From the human T2T-CHM13v2.0 reference genome, Homo sapiens, in assembly GCF_009914755.1 (NCBI RefSeq), contig NC_060929.1: a stretch of DNA of 64,000 nucleotides. One strand, 5' to 3'. Shown piece by piece: positions 1 through 14,891 of this stretch. The notes under the pieces are model-generated. The model was given only the letters and a program-made list of their open reading frames with translations. It searched no databases and was not told the origin of the DNA. The position numbers were made by a program, and so were the translations under genes. Positions within the stretch are counted from its first letter, which is position 1; each line of letters opens with the position of its first letter.

Positions 1-1364
1 AAGTCACTGCTGCTAGCCGGAAATCAGACATTTTAAAGGTATCTGTCAATTGCATAATAATCTAAAAATATTTACATAAATGTGATAATGAGAGATGAGA
101 GTGATTTAGATCTGGGGGGTCATGCAAAATAAAGCTTCTCAAACTCAGCAGAATTTCAACAATTATCCAAGGTTGACAGTCTTAAAAATACAAATAGAGA
201 CTGCACACTAATAAATATGAAGCTCTTAAAATCTGGCTTTAAGATAATGCCACACAGACCATTGACAGTTAGCAAATGAAATAAAAGAGTCTGAGTATCT
301 GGAAGCAAAAGAGAGGAGATTTTGAAATATATCTTATAATTTGGTGAAGTTGACAGTAAAAAAAAAAGCTGCATTATTTTCGAAGGTCCATTAAACTTGA
401 AAAGTAACAACACAAATCTACAATCTAATTACACAATTAAAATTAGTACAAGAAGATATACAATTATTTTATAACTTCTGGATTTCTACTGGGCTTTTTA
501 TTTCCTCCACTGGTTTTGTCTTTCATTGGGAAGGAAAATTTCAATGGTTTATCTTATAAACACCAGGTGTGAGTGAACATTCACTGGGCAACTGTACAGG
601 ACATAATACACCCCTCATAACACCTCCCTATCAAGGCTTTTGTTATAGATCACTGCCAATCTCTGTGAAAACAGGAACCATATTGCAAAGATCAGCAGTC
701 ATACAGTTTTCCTTAACAAATTCAAATACTACATCGTAAGTCTACGAGGTGTGTGCCAAAGGTGTTATCCAATATACTGAGTGGTAAATAGCAAAGCCCT
801 CCCCATCAGATTTTCTCAACTTGGAAGGAATTAGGGAAGCCATTGAAATGAATGCAGAATGGTTTGCAGAACCGTAAATAATCATGGTAGAATCTACAAA
901 TGTAACACTAGCTACCCCTTGTAAAATTATCTGTGCTCCTGCCAAGGGAACTCACACTCCAGTGGAGTGCAGAGCAGTAGAAATACATTTACCTTTCTTA
1001 TGAAGACAAGAAAAAAGATCAGCCTAGTGCTTTCTATAAACAATAATACAAGTGAGAAGAAAGTGATTGAGGGAGACAAAACAGGATGGGAAAGGAAAAA
1101 AAGGAAAGGTTTGAGCACGCCTGTGTGTGCACTCAGAATAAACAGCTCGGATTAAGGTGAAAGACTTGCAGCAGCTGCTGCCATGGTCTATTTCTACTGA
1201 ATGGCAACAGGGAGGGAACAAGGGGAGGCAGATAGAGCTAACCTTTATTGAGCACCTACTATTCCATGCTGGGTACCTGAAATACCATGTGTTTGGATCA
1301 GCTCACTCGTTTCTCATAGCAACCAGTGACATTGGTGTTTGAGTTGTTGTTTTGTTCCTTGTAT

Positions 1365-1582
1365 CAGAGCTGTGCAACTTGAACTAGAAAGATCACTGTC
1401 CTGCCATTTTCTAATCAAGTAATCTTGAACCGACGAGTCAGTAAATGTCTTTAGCTTCCTAATTTTTTAAAATAAGGGAATAACAGCTGTCTTTGAAGGG
1501 ATTGGGTATAGACTGGGCACAAATATAGGTAAAGTATTTAGCACAGTGACTGCCCAGAGTAGGTGCTCAAAAATTGGTAGCT
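1365..1582 (+). mobile_element. MIR relic
   Basis: Degenerate MIR core and 3' end (gtaaagtatttagcacagtgactgcccagagtaggtgctcaaaaatt). Confidence 0.6.
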
Positions 1583-2050
1583 TTATGAATAAAATTTATA
1601 ACTACTTAATAGAAAGCTGTAATATGTGAATAACTTTTTAAAAAAAATGGAAGTCTCATGCTAAAGCCCTGAACAATCCTTCCTTCCCGTAAGTACCTTC
1701 ATAACTTTTGGGGGTCTATTTTACCCAAATTATTATTTTATTTTTGGTAGAGTAGCCCAATTTTAGAAACTTTTCCCCCATATATGTAGGGTTGGAGGGT
1801 AATTGAAGACATGATGATAGGGTCCCACACTATGTTTTTCATTTGTGGTTTCAACTTGGTGTATATCTTGCTTGGTTGCCTTTCATAATATATGTTCTTG
1901 TCATTTTGTTAAAAAATGGCTCTTCAACACAAAGTGAGTGCTTTTATGGGTTCAGGATAATTTGCACAGTCACTGAGCAACTGCCAAATGGTGAGCATCA
2001 TTGTAGCTGCTGCCTGGTGCTTCTGGAATTTTTTTTTAAAAAGTATCTGC

Positions 2051-2180
2051 CAGCAGGTGCAGTGGTTCATGACTGCAATCCCAGCACTTTGGGATGGCTG
2101 TGGAGGGAGGATCACTTGAGCCCAGGAGTTTGAGACAAGCCTGGGCAACATAGTGAGACTCTGTCTCTATTAAAAAATAA

Positions 2181-2219
<39 letters not shown>

Positions 2220-2221
2220 AA
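2051..2221 (+). mobile_element. FLAM-type Alu monomer with (TAAA)n tail
   Basis: Single left-arm monomer (gaggatcacttgagcccaggagtttgagac) followed by ~12 TAAA units. Confidence 0.9.
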
Positions 2222-2271
2222 GGAGCTGCCTACTTATGACATGCCAGGCACTGTGGTAAGTGCCTTAGATA

Positions 2272-2662
2272 GCTAGTGCATAGCAATATCTGTGTCCTCC
2301 TCTTCTTCCAGGGCAAAAGGCTACACTACAATTCACAGCCTTTGCCAGGGTTGGCTGTAGCCAGGTGACTGAGTCTTGGGAGTCGGGGCACAACTGATGT
2401 GCACAACCTCCAGGCCTGGCTCAAACTAAACTTTTGTGATGTCCCCTTTTTGTGCGCACAGTCCTTCTCTCCCTTTTCATAAGTGGTTGAATAAAGTGGC
2501 CCCAAGGACCTAGAGGAGAGCAGAACAAGATAGAGGACATCAGGGTCCTTGAATAACTACAAGGAGCAGAGTGCCCCCACTGACCATATTGCACTGTGAG
2601 GTGACCTACAGTGGCAAGACATCGAGAATGTAAGCTTTATAGCAACTGTATTACTCTAATAC
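2272..2662. mobile_element. MaLR LTR (MLT1J/K-like) inserted into a MIR
   Basis: MLT1-like motifs (ccaggtgactgagtc, cctccaggcctggc, gagcagagtgccccc) ending ctaataca; MIR sequence on both sides. Confidence 0.6.
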
Positions 2663-2664
2663 AG

Positions 2665-2860
2665 AAACATTTCATCACTTAATTCTCATTACGGCTCTGT
2701 CAGGTAATGTATTATCACCTGCATTTAACTCATATAGGAACAGAGGCTCAGAGAGGTAAGTCACTTGTTCAAGAGCAAGCAGCTAACAGGTGAAGAAACT
2801 GACATTCTGCCCTTGGTCAGTGAAACTTTAGGACCCATGTTCTTACCTATGGGTATACTG
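2665..2860 (-). mobile_element. MIR
   Basis: MIR core in reverse orientation: gaacagaggctcagagaggtaagtcacttgttcaag. Confidence 0.75.
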
Positions 2861-3068
2861 TCCCCCCTATAGCTATTGTAAGTATGTAAGTACAAAAACC
2901 TATGTGTTAGACATTTCCCCTTTTAACCTTGAACTTATGTTCCAGTAATAGAAACATTTTATTTTCCCATTAATTATGTGGAGAATAGTAAAAATTAACA
3001 TGAACTAATTTTTGCAGATGATTTCACTCAGGGAGTGACAGAATAATGCGTATAAAACACTAAAAGCA

Positions 3069-3346
<278 letters not shown>

Positions 3347-5203
3347 CTAAAGCAAGGCTGGGGTTACCAGGAATGAGCAGTTTGACAATCACTATGTGCC
3401 ATCATATTGATTCTCAACACTGAGCTATTCAGATTTCTTTCCCTTTTAAAACAAAAAATGTCTAATTCAGTTCTAGAATTCAGTTTTGCAGACATACCAG
3501 AGCTATGCACTGAAAGTTAATGTACACCTTGAAAGCAATATGTACCTTAGTGACAAGGTATATCCATCAATATCTGCTCATCAAACTACTTCCTGTTTTA
3601 CTTAACTTGTAGTGTAGCACCATGTGTTTTGTCAGTTAATTACTGACCCTCAGCTGGCAGCCACTTGGTAATGAAAAGACTGTCTTCTGGTATGCCTTAG
3701 TTTGTGTTTCTGGTATGGCCATCTCAGCTTCCATTCTCTCCTTTAAGTCTGAAGTCTACATTCAGTTCCGTTTAGTTCAATTAACATTCACTGTTCCCTT
3801 GCCTGTGTTTAGTAACGAGGATACAAACAAGATTCAGGCCTGGTCTCTGCCCTAGGACCAGGAGAAGAATCCAATAGTTCACCGTAAAAGGATCACTGTA
3901 CCAGTTCATTTAGTCTTTGAATGTCTTCTTATTTTTTAAATGACAATGACTGTATCAGCTTTGAGGCATCATTCTTGAATGTCCCCTAACTTTCTGTGTA
4001 GATAATGTTTAGTACAAGAGGAACATTTAAGATATTAAAGATGGAGTATGTCATGGACACTAACCAACCAGAATGAACGTTGGTGGCAGTGCTGTAGTGC
4101 AGTTCTAGAGGCTCTCTACCAAGCCAGGAATTACTGCTTTGGTTGTGAAATTGTGGAGCAGCCCAAGAGGTCCCAGCGGGGAGGAAACAGGTGGCATTCA
4201 AATGGATAGGCCAGTACGTCAATATTTTAACAAGTGGTACATCTGTAGTGATGTATTGATGGAATATTGCTTGACTTGTGAACAACAGCTCCATAGGAAA
4301 AGGACAGCCACTTTTCCATCTGTGCTGACAACTGAGCTGTGTAGATCCTGAACCAGAAACACAAGAGAAAAACAATCTGAAAACTGTCTATTCCCCTGGG
4401 GACTTTCACTTTCCTTTATGAGCATTTCAAGTAGAGCAGCACTCCATAAATGCTGCTGACTGACTGACATTTATTGAATAACCAGTGTATACAGAGCATG
4501 TTCTGAGAAACTTATACAGAAAACAGAAGTGACCTATACACGCTTTCATTTATTTTGATGATTAATTTTTAAAAAGTGGCCTTTCTGAGGCAAGTCTATA
4601 ATCTACACCCTAAAGAAGTCTTCTCAAGTGACAGGGAACTTCAAACTCAGGGCAAGCAAGTTTTGGAGAATGACTGCCTCTTCAAGATTCGGGCTCTGGT
4701 CTTCAATGGCTGCCATTGGTAAGGGTGAGTCAGGATGGAACTCCTGAAACTCAAAACAAACAAACAATCACCTCCCACACCAGAAACAAAGTCCTTTTGC
4801 CTCTCCAACTTGAAACACAAGTTTGTATTTGTGGTCTGATTTTTGCTAAGATCATAAAACTTTACATCTGCATAAAATATGACGCAGTTGCTTCAGAAGG
4901 GCAGGCTGTTCCCTGTCCCCACCCCACTGCCTCCTTGTCGGTGAAGGGCTACTTGGTAAAATGATCTTTGAGTTCTAGAGATGAATTATACATCCTGTAT
5001 AATTGCTGGATGTTGTCAGATGCACAAATATAATAGGTTGTCAAATGCACAAAGCTTTCTCAAATAAGCATGATTTACCTAAAGGCATCTCCTTTACTAG
5101 TAACCTAAACTGATTCTTTTCAACCTAAATGAAATTCTTTCGGTTCTGGTATATTCTTGAGCATGTCAAAATAAAAATCTCATAATATTTAAAAAACTTA
5201 TCA

Positions 5204-5533
<330 letters not shown>

Positions 5534-5984
5534 TTAGAAAGCAGAACGTTGAAGATAAATGAGACATGACTATAAGTTCTCTTCCTGGCGTTAGACTATG
5601 ACTTTCAGGAAAAGGAGGTAATAAAAGTGTCCGGAGAAAGGTATTTGTCTGACATTGTGTCAGATTTCCGAAGGCCCATGAGCACCTTGAGAAGTAACAG
5701 CTGGGAGGAGCAGACTGAGAGCTTTAGCAGCTTTTGGAAAGTTGCCATTACGTCTCCTTAGCTTTCTTAAAAAGCATTCATTTGGTGTTGTCTTTTACTT
5801 TTATTAGCTTAAAAAATTTTAGCAGATTGTCACACAAGCCACATTATGGGAGATATTCCCAATTTTGTTGATTACTTTTCAAGCCTTTCTTAGTGTTACT
5901 TTAATTATTCTAAACAGCACTTTAAAACTGTTTAGATAAATTGAAAATAAGATTCATTCCAAAGAACTGATACAGAAAAGATCT

Positions 5985-6150
5985 TCTCTGAGTCAGAATT
6001 TTTGAGCCAGAAGGGGACTTACAAATCATCTATTTCAACCCTCTCATTTCACAGCTAAGGAGACTGAGAATGACTAAAGCCAAAGTTGGCTAGGAGGGTT
6101 GAGGGCATGAACCTAGACGCCTAACATTTAGTCCAATTCTCTTTCTACTC
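5985..6150 (-). mobile_element. MIR/MIR3 relic
   Basis: gaaggggacttacaaatcatctatttcaaccctctcatttcacagctaagggagactgag. Confidence 0.6.
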
Positions 6151-6732
6151 AGTGCCAGTTCCACACTGTTTTTCATTTTTCATTCTCACTTAAAGGCTGC
6201 TCACCGTAACTCCCCATGCCCCTCCTCCCAACTCTGGACAGCAACCAAACTGTCTTTGGCCTAACAAGGGTGCACAGGGACTTTGGTTCTCTCCCAAGGA
6301 GGAGGTATATACATTCATTTGGCTCTCTTCTTTTTAATAGCTCCTGGTCTTTCTTTCAATTCTTATCAAATACAATGTAATTTGGGAGCCCCAAATACCT
6401 CAATCAATATTTATAAATTTACAGAGAAGGGAAGGAATTACATTCAAATTAGAAAACTGTTAAGTTAGACATATTAGACACAAGAAAGAATTCAACTCCT
6501 TCAAAAGGTGCTTATAAGCGTCTTTTAGCATTTTCACAGAAGTCTCCTTCTACTGCCTTTAATAAAATCTGTTTCCTCCCAAGCTTCAATTTTCAACATT
6601 AAAAAAAAAATTCTTCATTTGTCCTATATTGCAGACACTTCAACTTTTTTCTTGAATTTTTATTTGTTTCTTGTGCTACTTCCTAACTTGGGCCATTTAA
6701 AAACCTACAGTTTCATAATTCTATTTTTATAA

Positions 6733-7368
<636 letters not shown>

Positions 7369-7623
7369 CTTTGTTTTTAAGCAGTGAAACCTGTTTTTCA
7401 AATCGTATCTTACAAAGAACTTAAATATGTATCGTAAACATAGGAGGGATTCTCTGACTGAAACAAGGGTTGGGGTCTACCAATTATATATTGTTATGAA
7501 CCTCTATGTCCTTAGTCTTTTTTCTTTCTTTTTTTTTTTTTTTTTTTTACTAACTATACACTGAAATAAAGACATTTTAAAAACACCTAAAGAAGATACA
7601 TCATCGCAATCCAAGTATCTTAT

Positions 7624-8130
7624 TGTATCAGGCAAACAGAAACCACTCCAGTTATTCCAAGCTAAGGAATGTAATACAGAAAACTGGCTACACAGGTGAC
7701 AGAAGTACTAAGAGTCTCAACCAAGATAGTAAAGCCATTCAGAGATTGCAGGAAGCCACTAATGCCCACAGGGCTGCAGAGATGCGGGCAGGAGGTGTCT
7801 TTACTAGATCATAGAAGTCAGGGCCATCTGGTGAGAACTGGGACCATGGCAGGGGCTGCCCAGTGGAATCTGGGACCATGGAAGAAAGGGCTGTCTAGTG
7901 GGAAGATGAAGCCATGGAGAACATGCAGCCACGGCGGGAAAAAAGTCCCCCCACCCCAGCCACTTCATCCAAAGCACAGACAGGTAAGAATATCTCTCAT
8001 TTCTCCCATACTTGTCCTTCTTCCCCTCAAAATTCTGTCTGTCCCTCCCTGACCAGAGCAAATCAGAAGCATAAGGGTCAGGGAGCCTGGGCAATGCAGT
8101 TGACAGGAGAAGGGAAAGGAATTGACATGA
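7624..8130. mobile_element. Ancient LTR (ERVL/MaLR-type), subfamily uncertain
   Basis: Starts tgtatcaggcaaacagaaaccactccag, resembling old LTR termini; purine-rich body. Confidence 0.4.
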
Positions 8131-8529
8131 TAGCAAATTGACAGTGAGTGGCTTCCTCTTCTTCAGATTGTTCTACGCCAATCAAAAAAACCATTCAGCT
8201 GAAACTGATATCCAATCTTACAGAAATCCTTCTGCCACCCAGCTTCACGAGAATGATTCTCTCTCTGCCATCCATGCTCTTCTTTCCCTCTACTTTGGCT
8301 CACTAGAAGATACTATTCTGTATGGACCTATGAAATAGGTTTCCAAAGGAAGTTGTTCAATGAGCCAGGAAAACCCCCCACAAAATTCAGCAGAAAAAGA
8401 ATACAACATGCCTCAAGGTAAAGACCTCACATGTTGAACTATTTGGTTAAACCTTCAGTCACCAAGACCTTTTTTTTTTTAAAAAAAAAATAAAGTCCAA
8501 AAGCCTCTCTAGCCCCAATATCTTCCTCC

Positions 8530-8660
8530 GTTTTAATTTTATTTTTATTGTGGTAAAATATATATAACATAAAATTGACCATTTCAACTATTTTTTAGGA
8601 GTAAAATTCAGTGGCATTAAGTACACTCACATTGTTGTGCAACCATTTCCACCCTCCATT
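8530..8660 (-). mobile_element. L1M (L1MB-like) 3' end fragment
   Basis: ttattgtggtaaaatatatataacataaaattgaccattt...cagtggcattaagtacactcacattgttgtgcaacc. Confidence 0.8.
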
Positions 8661-9339
8661 TAATCGTTAATTTTCTAACTTGCAGTGAGGGCGTGAATAG
8701 GAACTCAACACAGCAAAGATGGACAGAATTCCTCAAATTTCTAAATCCTTCTCTTTTGGTAACTTCATCAGCTTCATGTTTCTGAAGAATGGAGCCTTGA
8801 CATTACCTATATTGCATGTCTGTCCATCTCACTCCTGCCCAGCTCTGTGCCTTGCCAAGTCACAAATGAAGATGGACAGACAGACAGAGACACACACACA
8901 GACACACGTGCACCACCCTTATGTTTTCATCCTTCAGCTAAAAGCTCTCATTCGTAAGTGGTTATACATTTGGCTCTGTTATTTCCTGCTTAAGCACCTG
9001 CCCTGGGTCCCAATTCACCTCCTCTACAATCACCTCTTGAAGCCTTTGGAATAAAGTTTCCCTAGGTCCGCATCAAATTTCCTTCCCTAATTTTTGGCAC
9101 TGTCCATATCAACTCAGTGCAGCCCTGCAAGTACTGATCACACACGTACTATGTATGTGTCTAGGACCATGTTCTGCTTTCTGAAAAATGGTATGGACAA
9201 GGAGCTTAGGGTCTTGGTAGCTGTGTTTGGGACATCAAAAATAACATAAAAAATTGAGGATGAAGGATCAAGTATAGTGAGGTGAAAACTGAGCATCACT
9301 GAATCAAAAATGTATGATTTGAAAGAGGGCTGCAGCAAC

Positions 9340-9595
9340 TCAAGGCAGCCTGTAGGGAAGTGGTCTCTGGACTCCCGGCAGGCTGGGTTCAAAGTCTGAC
9401 TTTGCCCTTTACTAACTCTGTGACCGTGGATGTTTCCCTTAACCACCCCGGGCTTCATCTTCCTCATCTGTAAGATGTTGCTAATAATAACATGTATCTT
9501 TAAGGCTATTGTGTGGACTAGGTGAGAGGTAAGGAATTTATTTAGCTCAGTGCCTGGCAGGTAGGAGGCACTGCATAAATGTCAGTGAATATTAT
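9340..9595 (+). mobile_element. MIR
   Basis: ctgggttcaaag...tgtgacc...cttcctcatctgtaagatg...cagtgcctggca. Confidence 0.8.
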
Positions 9596-12500
9596 TGATC
9601 TCCACACTCATTCTCAGCACAGAGCCAGACTGACGGTAACTAACGTTACTGGAGTCTTCATGGAGGAGACAGGATTTGAGATGGACTTTTGATTAGAGTT
9701 AAGATTCGGATAGCTGACTTTGAATGCCAGAAAAGGTTCCTGGAGAAGGGTATGATTTATGGTTGCTTAGGTAGTTTAGATATTAAATGAGGGCAGTATT
9801 TTAGGATTAGCACTTGGATTAATGTTTTCTTTTAACTGCAAAGTAAATGTAGGCATTTTGGTAGAAAATCAGTGTCACCGTCCTAGCCATGATCTTTCTA
9901 AAAGGATCCTTCAGCTCCTCAGATCTTTCTTTTTACTTCCAATTCTCCAACCTTGCTATGAAGTGTGGATAAAGGATTAAAATTCAGCAGATCACTTCAG
10001 GTTAAAGAAAGGAAGAGGCTTTGCCAAATACCCTTTATAAGTGCGAGGCATAAATTGAGGCTCCATTCTGAGGACTTTTACAAACAAATAGAGCCAGGTA
10101 CCCAAATTCTACAAATTATATTGATATCCATTCATAATCATTCCCCCTCCCCTAATATCCATTCATATTAATCCTCCCGCCCTCAAGTATATGGACATAT
10201 TTATGGGATAAACTTGAAAAAAATTTAACAAGGACATTGTTATTCCAGGAAGTGGCTGTCGGGTGATTGGTTCAAGAATATTATACAATGCTCAGCAGAG
10301 CTCCCACAGAGCTTCTGTGCTGTCTTTTCTCTCACTTCCAGGTGTTTATACCACATAAAACTCACTGCGTTAACCAATGCCGATTCCACGCTCAGAATGA
10401 AATGATTTCCTACTGTGAAAATGGTGTCATCCAAACACCCACAATAGCTTGGATGTCTGCTTTAAGACTAATGAATTTGCCAGTTTGTATAGGGCCCACG
10501 TATTTATACTTTAGCAAAAGCACTATAATCTTGTTTCTGAAATTTTGTTCTTTTCTTCTAAAACAGAAATACAGAGAACTCAAGAAAGATAATCCTTAAA
10601 GTTTTTATGAAGTTAGAGGGAAACGATTCCATTAGTCTCACTTATCAAGGCCATCTAACTCTTTGTTTAGATAAGCATTCCAGATAGAAAATAAGTTCCA
10701 AAAAAAAAAAAAATACATAAAAGCACGCAGATTGGTTAGATAGAAGCGAAAAGGGACAGAGGGAGGAAATTAGGGTAAATATTATTTTTCCCTCAATGGG
10801 AGTATTTTAAAGCTAAATGCCCTGCCCTAAAAAGTCAAGAGTTATGTAAAGTATTGGTGGTTGTAGTCATTTGAGAAAAGTACAACCCGAATATGCATTT
10901 CTCTTATGGGTCAAAGAGAAGTCACGATAATTGTGTGTCCTTTACACTACCCCAAGATTGTTATTTAAAGATGAGCATAGTGAAAACTATAATACTATCA
11001 TTTGTCCACTACCCATGTATGCTAGCAAATAATTATAAATATTTTTACCAATGAACTGAATCAGAAATTGGTAACAATTTTAAAAGTAGCTTTTCTGCTA
11101 TTGTGCAACATCAATGCCCTTCTATTACAATTAGTTCCAAAAAGATAATTCTCTTATCTGACAGCATTATAAAAGCAAAGTATTTCATGCATGGCAGTGT
11201 TGAGGAGCTTGGTCATGGGGGACAGGGTGAAAGGTCCAATGGACTACCATAAATGTGTGGTTCACACCATCAGAGGCGGATGCACCTGCTAATCTGGCTT
11301 CTCAGTCAAAGTCCCCCCTACAAGGCAATGGTGTGGCAGAATGCAAATGGGAAATAAAGGTACAGGACAGCTGGGACTCTTCTATTGCAGAAAAGGAAAG
11401 CAAGCCGAGGAAGAGAGTTTAGTGTGGGCACACTTGCTGCTAACCTGAAGTGCTCTCTTTACTTATGCTCTGTTCTTAGGAGGGGCTGATCATTTATTAT
11501 AGGTTCTTTTTATATTAAACACTAATGAGAAGCCAAATAATTTATAGGGAGTTTCATATTAAGGCTCAATGATATTAAATACCTGGAGAGCCTCACATAA
11601 ACAAAGATGGATTACCAGCAATGCTCAAAGTAAAATTTTTATACAATAATAAAAAATAAAATATTTTCATAATAAATCTAAAAATCACATACCCACACAA
11701 GTTGCTTCTTCCCATCCAATATATACTGCAATTGGCTACCAGGGAGGGGAAGTGAAGAGACAGACACACTTTTTATTATTTTATCTCTTAAATGTTACCT
11801 AAAGACCTCCATCTTAACCAAGCAGCCTATGGCTTCTCCTCCTGTTACTAAAAACCTGCCAACATTTCTTGGTCACCTGAGAGGGTATCATCAGGGCAGC
11901 TTGAATTTGGTATCACCAAACAGTCTTTGAGAAGGAAAGGGTCACTTGAAAGAGAGAAAATTTCCCATCCATGGATAAACCTTCCTGCATATAATGTAAC
12001 TTTCAATAAGCCTGATAAATACTCTGTAAAAATAGACATCACTTCTCCTAGGTGTAAGAGATATATTTGTTAGAAAGGAGGCAGAGGTATTGTCTTGGGA
12101 TTAGAGATCATTTCAAAGTGAAGTCATTACAGAACACACTCTAGGTTGCTCAACACTCCAGGGGAATATTTTCGGTGGTCGATTCACGCACATGCTGACT
12201 ACAGAGGACATTCCTATGAACAGGAAACTAAGGAGGAAACCACAGTTTTCTCTACATTATCCATCATCAGACCTCTGGACACTGTTAATTCAAGTGGTTT
12301 CCCTATAGAAAAGATGCAGGTCGGTAGAGGGAATTAAGCTGTATATATACCAATTTAATTTCATGAAATCAGTTTGAAATAGAAGTAGTTTAGCTAACTG
12401 GAAAGACTGTCTTACAGATTCTTTGAGGAATTCTGGGCAGTAGATTCACTTTCCATGATTTTATTTATTTTTTATCTCTAAAGGATTCCTAAGAATACAT

Positions 12501-13711
12501 GATAATGTTCCTAACAATTGAGTCAAGGGAAAGGTCAAATTAATGCCTTCATCAATCATAAATGGTGATTATAAATAAACTCAGAATTAAATCCTTATCA
12601 ACATAAATGTTTAAAGTCAGCTTTATTTGGCCTACAATGAGGAAGAAAGAGTAATGACAGCTATATACTATTCACGTATGCTATTAGCAAACAGCATATA
12701 TATTATTATGAAAAAACGCAGGGAAAAAAATCTCAATTTCATCTTTCCTCCAACCAGGGTCGCTGCTCCTAGCCCAACAGGCCACACACTCCATCACACA
12801 GGGGGCTATTCACACCAATTATTGTCTAAATGATGTTCTTACCACTTAGAAAAGATGTACGTAGGACACAATCAGTTTGTTACTGTTTAAAGCAAATTAC
12901 TGTCATTTTATTTTGCTGAAAGATTTAAGGAAAAATTAAGTAATTTAATCCCATCAAGGTAGATGGTGTGCCTGATGCAGTCCCTTACAAATTGTTAGAA
13001 AGCTTGCTTTTCTTTGTTATTATCATATTTAAGCTTTAAGAATAGTCTCAGCATTAGGCAGGCATGACCAAATTGGATCTTCCTCCCAAAGGAAGCCACA
13101 GAAGTCAACACCTTTACCAGATCCAATCCTACCTCTCTCATCTTTGGCACCTTTACTTTCTTCCACTATTTACCATAGGAATAATATAAAAAATTATGTA
13201 CCTTTTCCTACATAGTACATTGCTACTTTCTCAACAGCATAAATACCCAACTAAAACCAAACACAATGAGAATAAGTAGGGGTCAGACATTTCATTTCTT
13301 CTTACTTTAGCCCACAAGCCTCTCTCTGTCTTAACTCCAGTAAGTAGGTTTTGTTTGTGTTTGCTTTTTTCAATAACTGTCTTTTAAGTAAGCCTGTAGG
13401 CTAGAGGTTTGGGCTTGGGACTTATATATCATCTATATTCCCTGCCCATCCGGCACAGTAATTATTTAATTCAAAAAATACTTGTGGATAGGCCAGGCCT
13501 ACCCTAAATCAGTTACTGGCCTTACGCGGCAACTCACATTTATGATTATTTTACATAATGCACGGTTTCTAGAAATTAGTTCACACTTTGCTGGGTCTGA
13601 AAATTTAGTATTGTAAACTGGCATTTGTATTAACTTGATAAACTAAGAAGGGACAGCCTCAGTGCCCACATATTGCTACATTACAGAAAAATCATAGGCA
13701 TGAGTGTTTTC

Positions 13712-14024
13712 AAACAAATGTAAACCTTATAAGGAAGGGAACTTCCGCTTATTAAGAAAGAATCAGGATAAAGGATGCAGAAAACATATGCTTTTGGGGA
13801 AGGTGAGAGAAGGCAGTAGAAAACTAAACTTAAAAAGTTTTGGGTACAAATTCCCCCAAGGGAGTGTAAACCAAACGGAACCGAGCAACGCCCACCAGCC
13901 CCTAGCCCTGCCAACAGCTCCCCCTTCATAGGAGAGCCTTGCCAATGGCTTTTTACCTCTGGCACAAAGACCAGTTACAAAATGGACCTACTATTCCCAA
14001 TCTCAGGCTTTCTAAATGACAAAT
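13712..14024. other. Copy A of a diverged ~310-bp local duplication (candidate regulatory element)
   Basis: Collinear with 18453-18755; identical 25-bp block tttgggtacaaattcccccaaggga at 13839-13863, 22/23 block at 13775-13797, ctaaatgacaaat at 14012-14024. Confidence 0.85.
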
Positions 14025-14891
14025 AAGCAAGGAAGAAAAAAACCTTCTAAGCGGATCACCATCTGGGTTGAGGAATGAATTTACGCCAATGAAGTGGTAC
14101 TATGAAATTATAAACATTCTGGAAGACTCCGTGCCTTGATCAAGAGTACTGGGTGAAAGCCAAATTTGGAAACAGAAAGCAGGATAAAGCCAATGTTTGT
14201 GGTCTTTATCATTCCGTGCTATATTGGTTATAGGTAACACTGGACACAGTGTCAGTGTGAAGTTAATGAAGCCTCTGAGATCTGAGCAAGTGGCTGGCAA
14301 TAGCAAAGCAGGCCAAGGGAATAGAGATTTGCAAATAGAGGTTAAATGTGAGATCCTCAAAGACGAAGGAGCTCAAGGAATTACAGGGGAAAATGTAGAA
14401 GCGCTGGGGCAAAGGACAATTAAAGCCCCAATAATCTCCTTTCTCGTAATCCCCGTCATCTCTCAAATGTCTCCAAATTTACTGGGTGCAATAGGGCTTA
14501 ATTGAAAGTAATCATATAAGCATGAAAATGTAAGGCCATAGTTATCACAGAGTCAACACTTTAGTTTATAACAATAATAAAATGAAAAGCTTTTATTTAG
14601 AATAGGACAAAGCATCTCTGCTGTTCTCTTTTGACATTATTTCTTGGGACAAACCTTAGAGCCTCCCCACAAAACAACAACCCTACCCAACTGTGCTTCA
14701 TGCTCTCCAAGAATCTTCCAAGGTCTGGGCAAGGGGGTATAGGTAGAATTACTCTCTAAGAGAAGAGATTAATCAAATCTAGAAGGAAAAAAGACATAGG
14801 ATATAGGGAGGGTGTAGTTTGAATAGCATTCTTTCACAGATCTCAACCACCAGTAGAAAGGTTTTCTATTATCAGTAAAGATGGAGAAAAA

